DNA of 64,000 nucleotides from a bacterium (GTDB taxonomy: Bacteria; Bacillota; Clostridia; Oscillospirales; CAG-272), in NCBI GenBank assembly GCA_963627065.1, contig CAVGAA010000002.1:45346-109345 (forward strand). The letters are read 5' to 3'. Shown here one piece after another: positions 26,800 through 35,958 of this stretch. The notes under the pieces are model-generated. The model ran no database searches. It saw only the letters and a list, made by a program, of their open reading frames with translations, and was not told the DNA's origin. Position numbers and translations under genes: made by a program. Each line of letters starts with the position of its first letter. Within the stretch, counting starts at the first letter, position 1.

Positions 26800-28935
26800 A
26801 TGAAAAGGAAGTCCCTCGTACTACTGCTCGCTCTCGCACTCCTGTTCTCTCTTACCTTGGTTGCCTGCAAAAGCACAACCGACGATCCGAAAGCGGAACT
26901 CGATTCAACGCTCGACAAGAACTTTGCAATCGATACGTCGGCAAGAGAAGTCAACTTCGGCGACAGCATCACCATTGAACCCGCATCTGCCAAAGATTCG
27001 AACGGCAAATGGCAGGATGCAACCCTCACGATTACCGATCCCGACGGCAATGTGAGTCCCCTCGAAGCAGGTACTTACACGCCTGAAAAACTCGGAACTT
27101 ACACGGTTACTTACAAAATCGTTGTAGGTGAAGATGAATACACGCGTGAATTCACAATCGTCGTAAAAGACCTCTCCGCTCCTGAAATCAGCGGTATGAC
27201 AGCTGACAGCCTTGCTCTGCTCGGTGCGGAAGTCGATCTCTCCGTAATCGAAGTCAAGGATAACATCGACGGCGAACTTACCCCTGAAATCAGTGTCAAT
27301 TTCGGCGATGAAACCGTCACCGTGACCGACGGCAAATTCAAAGCCGACAAAGAGGGTTGTTATGTCGTAAGCGTAAAAGCCACAGACAAAGCCGGCAACA
27401 AACTCGATAAGAAACTCAATGTTTTCACAAATATCAACTATGAGCAAGGTGTTCTCCAAACCAGCGAATTCTATCCGATGGCGATCAGCGATAAGTTCGA
27501 CAGCTATCGCAAAGGAAACGTTGCAAAAGTCAACTGGTTTGATACCAATGTGAACTGGCTCAATGACTTCTGCCTGCTCGGATCTGATACAACTTTCCTG
27601 TCTGAGGCAAAGTATCTGTCTTTCTGGGTTTATTTTGACGGAGAAGCTACCGACCTCAACAAGTTGGTAATTCAAACCAAGTATACCTATTTTGATACGA
27701 CGGTATACACCGAATACGGTGATAAAGTCGACTACTACTGGAATTTCAAACTGACCGATAAAGCTCCCGATGAGTTGAAAGAACTGTACAAAGCAAGCGA
27801 AGGTAAGTTTTCATATGAACTGGAAGTTAATAAGTGGTATCGTATTGTCATTGACATTACGAAACTCACAAATGCTTCCGAATATGGTGCAACGGCAGAC
27901 GGCTTCCCCATTGACGGACCTTTGAGTGCGAAAGCAGATCCCAAGGGATTTTCTGAACTTCCGTTCGGTTTCGGTATGTGGGACAGAGCCATCGGCGGAC
28001 AGCCCACAAAGGTTGTGGATACCTACATTGACGACATCCGTCTGACAAATACGCTTGATGACGAAACATACAGAACGGAAATCAAAGTCAATGTTACAAG
28101 CAACACTTCTCTGACCGGTCAGGCAAACGATAAGTTTACAATTGAGTACAACGTTACCCCCGAAAACAGTGGAAATGTCACATTCGCATCTACCAATGAA
28201 GCAGTTGCAACGGTAGACGAAAAGGGCGTTGTTACCTGCGTTGCCAAAGGACAGGCTCAGATTATTGTTACATCTGTCAACGATACTCGTAAGTCGGCTA
28301 CAATCGGCATCACGGTTCTCGGTGAAGGTGACAAAGTCCGTGACGAAAACAATATGCAGGTATTTTCCGGTAGCAAATCCATCGGAAACTGGGAAACGGA
28401 AGGAAAGTACAACCTGATTGAGCATATGACATGGGCAAGCAACGATACCGATAAAGGTGTTTGCAACCACTCGGAACTTGTCAGTGTAACGATTGCTCAC
28501 GGCAATGTTAACAGTTACACAATCCTCAACAATGAGGGTAACGCCACCTTCTCCGCAGGTGAGGGCAGCCCCGTAAAAATCAACGGTGGCTGGCAGGCAT
28601 TTGTAGGCGGAACGGACGGACTTTTGTTCGTATTTACGGCTAAAGAAGACGTATCTATCAAGACTACCGGCGATACGCAGGAAAACAGACTCGGCGGCTG
28701 GGTTTCCGATACGCTGTGGCAGTGGGTAAAAGTAAAGGCTGACGGAACAACCGAAACCCTGCACGAATTTAAGAACCCCGAATTTGCAAATGTCGAATCC
28801 GATTGGTTCGAAATCGAAGCCGGTGAAACCTTCATTTTGTTGGTAAGAGCTAACGGCGACACAGACACGAGAAACTTTGAACTCTTGCCGTTTGTGTATG
28901 TTTGCCCCATGCTTGAATTAACTGCCGAATCATAA
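26800..28935 (+). CDS. surface lipoprotein with Ig-like repeats, a CBM-like middle region and a Big_2 domain
   Basis: Lipobox LTLVAC follows the MKRKSLVLLLALALLF signal, and the RBS is GGAGG. Two Ig-like modules are present (DLSAPEISG...KATDKAGN). The DTYIDDIRLTN stretch is CBM-like. The Big_2 signature is NVTFASTNEAVATVDEKGVVTCVAKGQAQIIVTS. Confidence 0.7.
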   Translation: MKRKSLVLLLALALLFSLTLVACKSTTDDPKAELDSTLDKNFAIDTSAREVNFGDSITIEPASAKDSNGKWQDATLTITDPDGNVSPLEAGTYTPEKLGTYTVTYKIVVGEDEYTREFTIVVKDLSAPEISGMTADSLALLGAEVDLSVIEVKDNIDGELTPEISVNFGDETVTVTDGKFKADKEGCYVVSVKATDKAGNKLDKKLNVFTNINYEQGVLQTSEFYPMAISDKFDSYRKGNVAKVNWFDTNVNWLNDFCLLGSDTTFLSEAKYLSFWVYFDGEATDLNKLVIQTKYTYFDTTVYTEYGDKVDYYWNFKLTDKAPDELKELYKASEGKFSYELEVNKWYRIVIDITKLTNASEYGATADGFPIDGPLSAKADPKGFSELPFGFGMWDRAIGGQPTKVVDTYIDDIRLTNTLDDETYRTEIKVNVTSNTSLTGQANDKFTIEYNVTPENSGNVTFASTNEAVATVDEKGVVTCVAKGQAQIIVTSVNDTRKSATIGITVLGEGDKVRDENNMQVFSGSKSIGNWETEGKYNLIEHMTWASNDTDKGVCNHSELVSVTIAHGNVNSYTILNNEGNATFSAGEGSPVKINGGWQAFVGGTDGLLFVFTAKEDVSIKTTGDTQENRLGGWVSDTLWQWVKVKADGTTETLHEFKNPEFANVESDWFEIEAGETFILLVRANGDTDTRNFELLPFVYVCPMLELTAES

Positions 28936-28946
28936 TCGGTTACTGT

Positions 28947-28980
28947 GGTGGGCTCCGAGACATTCATTTCGGAGCCCACC
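28947..28980 (+). other. 12-bp perfect intra-operon stem-loop after the Big_2 lipoprotein gene
   Basis: GGTGGGCTCCGA, a 10-nt loop, TCGGAGCCCACC. There is no U-tract. Confidence 0.7.
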
Positions 28981-29012
28981 TATACTTAAAAAGAAATAAG
29001 CGAGGAGATCCT

Positions 29013-30704
29013 ATGAAAAGAATAATTAGTCTTGCATTGGTGTTGCTCATGCTTTTGTCGGCACTGACTGCCTGCAAGAAATCTGGCACCGGAGACGATT
29101 TCGAATATGATGAGGACCGATACACATCCGACGGTCGCCTTGTAATATCCTTCTTCGGCGTAGATATTGACTCTCTGCAGTCTCCAACGGACGCCACACA
29201 AATGGTGCTTGACTACATCGAGAACAAATTCAACGTCAAGTTCGATTTCATCAGCGGATCGGCGGACGGTTGGAAAACGGTCCTGAACCAGAATATCGGC
29301 GGAGGCGACGTTCCGGACATTTGGTTCCATGAGGTCGATCAACCGCAATATTCGAAGTGGCTCAAAGACGACATTCTGACCGATTTCGAACCTTATCTCG
29401 AAGACTATCCGAATATCAAAAAAGCATACGAAAGATATGACATCGATCAGATGCGTAGTTATCTCGGCGGAGGACTGTACGGATTCCCGCTCGTTTTGGA
29501 TGACTCGGTCGACGAAGACCTTGTAAATGTCCATGCAATGTACTATCGCCGTGACTGGTATGACAGCGTTGTTAAAAAAGGCTATGTTGCGGAAAGCGGA
29601 AAGACCATCAAAGATCCGGAAGACGCAACCTTTGACTATAACGATTTCTATGATCTTATGGAAGCCTTCACAAAAGGCGATCCCGACAACAACGGAAAAG
29701 ACGATACATACGGCATGGTCCTGACCAAGGACGGTGGCGTCTACTGGTGGTATCCGATCCTCTCGATGTTTGACTGTGCAAACAGCCAGTGGTACTACAA
29801 CGAGGAAACGGGACGGCTCGAACCGAACCTCATCAACGAGAAGACCAAAGCGGCACTTGATTTTATGGCAAAAATGTACGACAACGGTCTTATCAACCAG
29901 TCTTATGCAACTACCGGTACGACTGCCCGTATGAAAAACGAATTTCTGAACGGCTCTGCCGGTTGTATGGTCTTTAACGCACAGTTTGAGCATGCAGTCG
30001 GAATTCTGCAATATATGGAGCCCTATATGCTGGATGAAAACGGCAATAAAGTTAAGGAAATGAGCGATGTTGTCCGCGGTATGCCGGTTGTGACGAATGT
30101 AAACGGCGAAAAGAAAATCTGGGGACATACCAATAAATACGGTTACCGCTCCATTAACAAATTCTGCTCCGAAAACAAAAAACGCAAGATTCTCGATATT
30201 ATGGAGTGGATGCTTTCCGACGAGGGCATGACTATGCTCAATAACGGTATCGAAGGCGTGCATTACCACCGTGAAAACGGAAAAATCGTCAGCGATCTTC
30301 CGTATTCGGCAGGCGGACAGCAATATTCCTTCTTTAACAGCAATGTTGCCCGTGGCGTTTACTTCCTCAAAGGGCTTGTCAGCTGGTCCACACCGATTTC
30401 GGAAGTGGAAAAATATCACGATGAGGCGGTTCAGATTCTGACTTCTTGGAAGCAGGAGTATCTGGAAGGTTCAATTACGGCGTACTGTGCAATTGACACC
30501 GCATATTCCACCACTGCAAAGGAACTCGAAGACATCACAACCATTGCATTCCAGAAGATTGTCGGAAAATCGACGGCTGCGGAACGGCAGAAGACGTGGG
30601 AAGAATATGTTGCAAATTATAAGCAGAAGGGCAATTCCTACATCAACGCAATCAACCGCAGTGCCGATGAAATCGGAATTCTGAGCAAGTTTGCGTCAAA
30701 TTGA
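29013..30704 (+). CDS. ABC transporter extracellular solute-binding lipoprotein (LplA-like, about 560 aa)
   Basis: Lipobox LSALTAC. Its size and its position next to LplB/LplC-type permeases support the call. Confidence 0.82.
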   Translation: MKRIISLALVLLMLLSALTACKKSGTGDDFEYDEDRYTSDGRLVISFFGVDIDSLQSPTDATQMVLDYIENKFNVKFDFISGSADGWKTVLNQNIGGGDVPDIWFHEVDQPQYSKWLKDDILTDFEPYLEDYPNIKKAYERYDIDQMRSYLGGGLYGFPLVLDDSVDEDLVNVHAMYYRRDWYDSVVKKGYVAESGKTIKDPEDATFDYNDFYDLMEAFTKGDPDNNGKDDTYGMVLTKDGGVYWWYPILSMFDCANSQWYYNEETGRLEPNLINEKTKAALDFMAKMYDNGLINQSYATTGTTARMKNEFLNGSAGCMVFNAQFEHAVGILQYMEPYMLDENGNKVKEMSDVVRGMPVVTNVNGEKKIWGHTNKYGYRSINKFCSENKKRKILDIMEWMLSDEGMTMLNNGIEGVHYHRENGKIVSDLPYSAGGQQYSFFNSNVARGVYFLKGLVSWSTPISEVEKYHDEAVQILTSWKQEYLEGSITAYCAIDTAYSTTAKELEDITTIAFQKIVGKSTAAERQKTWEEYVANYKQKGNSYINAINRSADEIGILSKFASN

Positions 30705-30717
30705 CAGAGAGGTACTC

Positions 30718-32679
30718 ATGAAAAAAATCATTACGGCAATTCTGCTCATGGCGACTTTTCTCTCATGCTTCGGCTGTAATAATCTCGGAACAAAAGGCGA
30801 TTCAGAAAATAAGGGGTATGTTGATTTGGCAGGACAGAAGGCAAGCAAGGAATTTACATTTACGGACGCAAATCTTCCGGCGGAAGAACAATTGTACCCG
30901 TTGTCGCATGACGGAAAAACTTATTACGTAAGTAGTTCGACCGGTGACGATGCCAACGACGGTCTGTCGCAGGAGAAACCGATTAAGACGATTGCAAAAG
31001 CAAACACACTGTCGCTGAATGCCGGCGATCAGGTATTGTTCAAAAGAGGAGACAAGTTTGTCGGCAGGCTGTCATATACCGATCTGAACGGTACGGCAGA
31101 TAACCCGATTACCATTGCTTCTTACGGAAACGGCACAACCCGTCCGACCATTACAAACGGCAATCAGCCGTGGAGTGCGGGACTTGTCGTATCGATGCTT
31201 AATTGTAGCGGTGTCGTGGTTCGCGACCTCAAAATCGATGTTTATTCATCAAGCCGTTTCCAGCGGAACAACAGCACGGGCGGAATTTATTTCCGCTACG
31301 AGTATGTCGGCGAACGGAAATTCAGCAACATTTACATTGTCAACAATGTTTTGCGTGGTTACGATTACAACGGCGAACACAAAGACGAAGATACGGATGC
31401 AACCGGTATCAACATTACATCAATCGAAGCAACGCATGACTCATCTCCGCTCGGAGTTCTTGACGGAGCATGGGTGCTCAACAACGAAGTCAGTTACTTC
31501 GGTCGTGTCGGTATCCGTACGGGCGGTTGGATCAATGAGAGCGGTGGACAGAACGAAATGCACCGCAACAAGTATCTCAACATTCATTTAGACGGAAACA
31601 CCGTTCACCATATCGGCGGACTAGGTATGTACATTCAAGGCGGTAAAAACTGCACGATTGACAGAAATCTGGTGTACCAGACCGGTATTACCACCGATAC
31701 CAAGATGATTGAAGGTCAGTGTGCAATTATGTATCTGTGCAGTGAGTATTCAACCTGCCGTTACAATGTTACATATGACGTGTACGACGGTAATGTCGGC
31801 TGGGATGCCATGGGCATCGACATCGACTGGAACACCGACTATATCACGGTGGAGTATAATCACTGCTACGATTGCTTGGGCGACGGTATCGGCACCATGT
31901 CTAACCAACACAGTGTGATTGCACACAACCGTCTGGAAAACAATCAGGGAAAAACCAATCATACGGGTTCACTTGTGCTTGACAACTTTACCAATCGCCA
32001 ATATCCCGTACCGGACGATTTCCATTCCATTACCTATTGCAAGGTGTATGACAACCTTATCATACATACAAACGATGATGTGCCTGCGTTTGCCTGCAAA
32101 GTAAATAACGGCGATCAGGACTATGTCGGCAACGAATTTGTCGGCAACCATGTGGTATTGAAGTCGAACAGCAATCCTGCAAACTTTACGTGGATTGACG
32201 TTGCGGCCCCTCTGCAATGGTACAAGTTTGCAAACAACAAGTACTATTCGGAAGAGGTCGGTGCATTCAAAGTTTCCGATGCCACGACCAATACGAACCT
32301 CAATTACAATGAGGGTGCAAGAGAGTACGAAATCACAAAGGAAAAGGCATTCGAAACATGGCAGAAGCGTGATTTGGGAGCGACCTATGAACTCCGCACC
32401 GATGCTGCACCGACCGCCGTCAAGAGTGTCGACTGCACCTACGAAAACGGAAAACTGAACATTCAAATCGGCGGAAAGGACGACAGCGTCTGGCACTATA
32501 ACGTCTATAAAGTCGCCGATGACGAAACGGCTTCCTACCTCAATATGATAGGTCAGACGGACGGCGACAGCCTTGTCTATGACGTCACGGCAAAAGGCGA
32601 ATTCTATATTGTCGTACAACCCGAATCGAACGAGGGTATCTACGGACCTGCAATGAAAGTCAAGGTTACAATCAACTAA
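30718..32679 (+). CDS. lipoprotein with a right-handed parallel beta-helix (pectin-lyase-fold) domain; candidate glycan depolymerase
   Basis: Lipobox LSCFGC. The N-cap pattern is YYVSSSTGDDANDGLSQEKPIKTIAKANTLSLNAGDQVLFKRGDKFVG. Periodic N/G/I-rich coils follow. No GH or PL family can be assigned by eye. Confidence 0.62.
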   Translation: MKKIITAILLMATFLSCFGCNNLGTKGDSENKGYVDLAGQKASKEFTFTDANLPAEEQLYPLSHDGKTYYVSSSTGDDANDGLSQEKPIKTIAKANTLSLNAGDQVLFKRGDKFVGRLSYTDLNGTADNPITIASYGNGTTRPTITNGNQPWSAGLVVSMLNCSGVVVRDLKIDVYSSSRFQRNNSTGGIYFRYEYVGERKFSNIYIVNNVLRGYDYNGEHKDEDTDATGINITSIEATHDSSPLGVLDGAWVLNNEVSYFGRVGIRTGGWINESGGQNEMHRNKYLNIHLDGNTVHHIGGLGMYIQGGKNCTIDRNLVYQTGITTDTKMIEGQCAIMYLCSEYSTCRYNVTYDVYDGNVGWDAMGIDIDWNTDYITVEYNHCYDCLGDGIGTMSNQHSVIAHNRLENNQGKTNHTGSLVLDNFTNRQYPVPDDFHSITYCKVYDNLIIHTNDDVPAFACKVNNGDQDYVGNEFVGNHVVLKSNSNPANFTWIDVAAPLQWYKFANNKYYSEEVGAFKVSDATTNTNLNYNEGAREYEITKEKAFETWQKRDLGATYELRTDAAPTAVKSVDCTYENGKLNIQIGGKDDSVWHYNVYKVADDETASYLNMIGQTDGDSLVYDVTAKGEFYIVVQPESNEGIYGPAMKVKVTIN

Positions 32680-32696
32680 ACAAATGCTTTTCGGTG

Positions 32697-32721
32697 GGCT
32701 ACCGGTTTTTGCCGGTAGCTC
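32697..32721 (+). other. intra-operon stem-loop after the beta-helix lipoprotein gene
   Basis: GGCTACCGG, loop TTTTTG, CCGGTAGCT. There is no U-tract. The 5' flank GGTGGGCT is shared with the 28947 hairpin. Confidence 0.6.
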
Positions 32722-32763
32722 CCGTCGGCAGTACGCTATTTCGCAAACGATACGGAGAGATAT

Positions 32764-34386
32764 ATGGCTAACATCAAGCTTAAGAATGTTTATAAAATTT
32801 ATGACGGTGCGGTTGAGGCCGTCAAGGATTTCAACCTCGAAATCAAGGACAAGGAATTTGTAGTTTTCGTCGGTCCGAGCGGTTGCGGTAAATCGACCAC
32901 TCTGCGTATGATTGCGGGACTTGAAAAAATCACGGCAGGCGATATTTATATCGACGACATCCGTATCAACGATTTGGAACCCCGTGACCGCAACATTGCA
33001 ATGGTCTTCCAGAACTACGCCCTGTATCCGCACATGACCGTGTACAAAAATCTGGCTTTTTCTCTGAAAATTTCAAAGACGAAAGTGCCGGTTTACGACG
33101 AAACGGAAACGAATCGCATTATAGCGGAACTCGGTGAATGCAACCGTGAGCTCAAAAATCTGCAAAAGACCGCCGGCAACCAAAAAGACGGCAAAACGGC
33201 AGAGAAGATTGCAAAACTGCAAGACAAAATCGCAACTCTGCGGAATCGCCTTGAAGAAGCAAAGAAAAACCGCAAGCAACTCTATTTCAAGGACGAACAG
33301 GCAATCAGGGATACAAAAAAATCCATTGCTTTCTATCGTTCACAGATTGCGGAACTCGGCGAATATATTCAAAAAACTTCGGCAAAACTCGATGCAGGTG
33401 AATATGCAGGAGAAGAAGGGGACAAAATCCGCTTGGCACTCGACCGTTGCAGAAAACGTGTAACCGATTTTACCTATGCAATCGAAAATGAAGAAAAAAT
33501 TCTGCATAAACTCGAAACCGAAGAAGTTCCGATGTACAAAATGCAGTACCTTTCGAAAGAGGAAATCGACAAACGGGTGAGAGAAACCGCTAAAATGCTG
33601 GAAATTTCCGAGTTGCTCGACCGCAAACCGAAGGCACTGTCCGGTGGTCAACGTCAGCGTGTCGCAATCGGGCGTGCGGTGGTCAGAAATGCAAAAGTCT
33701 TCTTAATGGACGAACCGCTCAGCAACCTTGACGCAAAACTGCGTAACCAGATGCGTTCGGAACTCATTCTTCTGCGGAACAAAATCAACTCGACCTTCGT
33801 TTATGTTACCCACGATCAGACTGAGGCAATGACACTCGGCGACCGCATTGTCATTATGAAAGACGGTGTCATTCAGCAAATCGGAACACCGCAGGATCTC
33901 TTCAATCACCCCGTCAACACCTTTGTTGCAGGCTTTATCGGTTCTCCGCAAATGAACTTTTTCGATGCAAGACTGAACGAAAATCTGGATGTGGAACTGC
34001 TCGGCAAAACCGTTGTTACGGAGAGCAGTATGAAAAAGCAATTGCAGGCAAAGAATATCGCCCCGCAGGACATCGTACTCGGTGTCCGTCCGGAATACAT
34101 CACGCTTACAACGGCAGATGACAAAAATGCCATTGCCGGCACAACGCTTGTCAAAGAACTCATGGGCAGTTCGATGCACATTCACGTTGAAACGGGTGAA
34201 AACAAAAATATGATTATGGTCGTTCGCATTCTCGACGTCGGTCAGGAATTCCTTGACGGACTTAAAACCGGCGAGCCGATTTATTTCAAGTGGAATCCCG
34301 TGGTTGAGTGTCTCTTCTCGAAGGAAACGAAACAAAACTTTTTGCCGATAGAGGACAAATCGAGCGAAAATACAAAGGAAAACTGA
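32764..34386 (+). CDS. MalK/MsmX/UgpC-type ABC transporter ATP-binding protein with an internal insertion of about 155 aa
   Basis: Walker A GPSGCGKST, Q-loop MVFQNYALYPH, signature LSGGQRQRVAIGRA, Walker B FLMDEPLSNLD, and a C-terminal TOBE-like domain. An extra Lys/Glu-rich helical segment lies between residues ~108 and ~262. Confidence 0.9.
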   Translation: MANIKLKNVYKIYDGAVEAVKDFNLEIKDKEFVVFVGPSGCGKSTTLRMIAGLEKITAGDIYIDDIRINDLEPRDRNIAMVFQNYALYPHMTVYKNLAFSLKISKTKVPVYDETETNRIIAELGECNRELKNLQKTAGNQKDGKTAEKIAKLQDKIATLRNRLEEAKKNRKQLYFKDEQAIRDTKKSIAFYRSQIAELGEYIQKTSAKLDAGEYAGEEGDKIRLALDRCRKRVTDFTYAIENEEKILHKLETEEVPMYKMQYLSKEEIDKRVRETAKMLEISELLDRKPKALSGGQRQRVAIGRAVVRNAKVFLMDEPLSNLDAKLRNQMRSELILLRNKINSTFVYVTHDQTEAMTLGDRIVIMKDGVIQQIGTPQDLFNHPVNTFVAGFIGSPQMNFFDARLNENLDVELLGKTVVTESSMKKQLQAKNIAPQDIVLGVRPEYITLTTADDKNAIAGTTLVKELMGSSMHIHVETGENKNMIMVVRILDVGQEFLDGLKTGEPIYFKWNPVVECLFSKETKQNFLPIEDKSSENTKEN

Positions 34387-34387
34387 T

Positions 34388-35767
34388 ATGCTGACCGTTT
34401 ATTTTGTCGACGACGATTCGTTGAGCATTGAAGAAATGAATACGATTATCGACTGGAATCAATTCGGTTTTCAGGTCGTCGGCGGAAACACCGATCCGGT
34501 CATGGCACTTGCGGAAATCAACGAAAAAAGACCTGACTTGATTTTTTCGGACATCCAGATGGACGAAATGTCCGGTCTGAAAATGGTCTCGTTGATTGAG
34601 TATCCAGCAAATGTCGTCTTTTTCAGTGCCTATGACCGCTTCGAATATGCGGTGGATGCGATCAAACTCAAAGCATTGAATTTTCTGACAAAACCATTGA
34701 AAAAATCGGAACTTATGCAGATTGTAAGCGAAGTTTACGAAAGAGAAATCAAGAAATTCAACGACAGAGTTTTCATAATGACCAGTCGAAGCGATGTCGG
34801 GGACGACTCGAAAATCGAGTTGGAACGGCTCTTTGAAAGATCCCGCCTCCTGCCGTCCGCAGTTTACCGGCCGATTGCCGTTTGCGGAGAGCAGATTCCG
34901 CAGGTGTTCGTCACACGGTTGCGGGAAACCTCCTCCTTTGTACATAAATTGTATGAAGACGAAAATATGTATATCGCACTTGCCTACAACCCCGATGTCG
35001 AAAATCTGAAAAAATGCACAAATCTCGGCGGAGCGAATGTTGCCGTCGGCGAAGAAAAGCAGGATTATCACGGCATTTACGACGCACTGCGACATATCCG
35101 TGTCAATTCCAAAATGCACTTTTTCCGCAAGAAAAACAGTATCGTTGTTACGGATGAATTCCAAAGTCAAGCAACCGAAATCGTGAATAAACTGGTCGAT
35201 TGCGACAACCTCGGCGATTTTCAGGTGTCGGTGAAAATCTTGTATGACAAATTGGGATCGGCGGTGCTGTGTTCGGACGTGCAACGCATTTACGTGACGC
35301 TCGTGTCTGGACTTTTCAAATTCGGACTCGACACCAATGCAGGCGAAATGCTGTCGTTGTCGGCACTCGATATTTACGACGATTACGGCGAAATGCTCGA
35401 TGATGTTTGCTCTTATTTTGCAGTCAACGAGGAGAGCGAATATGCGGACGGTATTATTTTCAATATCGTCGAGGAAATGAAAAAGAACATCGGGGCAAAA
35501 CCGTCACTGTCCACATTTGCAAAAAAATACGGCTACAATACGACCTATCTTTCCATTGTGTTCAAACGGACAATGGGAACGTCTTTTATGAATTATCTCA
35601 CGGAACTTAAAATGAACTATGCGAAAACATTGATGGTAACGCACCCGAAACTTTCCCTCAAAAGCATAGCAAACGAGGTCGGGTACTACGATTATTACCA
35701 CTTTTCGAAGATGTTCAAGAAATTTGTCGGTTGCTCGCCGACAGATTTCCGCAGGGACGATAAATAA
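34388..35767 (+). CDS. response regulator with AraC-type HTH output (YesN-like)
   Basis: Receiver motifs VDDD, FSDIQM and LTKP. The C-terminal AraC HTH is YGYNTTYLSIVFKRTMG...GYYDYYHFSKMFKKF. The ATG lies 1 nt after the ATPase stop. Confidence 0.88.
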   Translation: MLTVYFVDDDSLSIEEMNTIIDWNQFGFQVVGGNTDPVMALAEINEKRPDLIFSDIQMDEMSGLKMVSLIEYPANVVFFSAYDRFEYAVDAIKLKALNFLTKPLKKSELMQIVSEVYEREIKKFNDRVFIMTSRSDVGDDSKIELERLFERSRLLPSAVYRPIAVCGEQIPQVFVTRLRETSSFVHKLYEDENMYIALAYNPDVENLKKCTNLGGANVAVGEEKQDYHGIYDALRHIRVNSKMHFFRKKNSIVVTDEFQSQATEIVNKLVDCDNLGDFQVSVKILYDKLGSAVLCSDVQRIYVTLVSGLFKFGLDTNAGEMLSLSALDIYDDYGEMLDDVCSYFAVNEESEYADGIIFNIVEEMKKNIGAKPSLSTFAKKYGYNTTYLSIVFKRTMGTSFMNYLTELKMNYAKTLMVTHPKLSLKSIANEVGYYDYYHFSKMFKKFVGCSPTDFRRDDK

Positions 35768-35838
35768 CCGATAAAGTCGGTAAATAACGGAAGATTGATT
35801 ACTTCCGTTCAGAACTTTAATCCGCAAAACAATGCAAA

Positions 35839-35887
35839 AGAACCATACCTTTTGAGCGATGAACTCATTGGGTATGGTTCTCTTTTT
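35839..35887. terminator. bidirectional terminator between the response regulator and ispH/S1
   Basis: An 11-bp stem AGAACCATACC/GGTATGGTTCT, flanked by AAAA on one side and CTTTTT on the other. Confidence 0.65.
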
Positions 35888-35958
35888 CGGCACTTACACA
35901 GACTTCTCAAAAACCTGTCCGAAGCCGTTGTGTGACCGTATGTTTTGGCGGTTGTGAA

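Noticed and set aside
28986-30419. A 477-aa minus-strand ORF opposite the solute-binding protein gene. Similar long antisense ORFs lie at 24350-25261, 26905-27675, 27811-28764 and 31969-33033.
   Set aside because: All lie antisense to genes with clear signal peptides or ABC motifs. They lack RBS and family motifs, so I regard them as codon-bias shadow ORFs.
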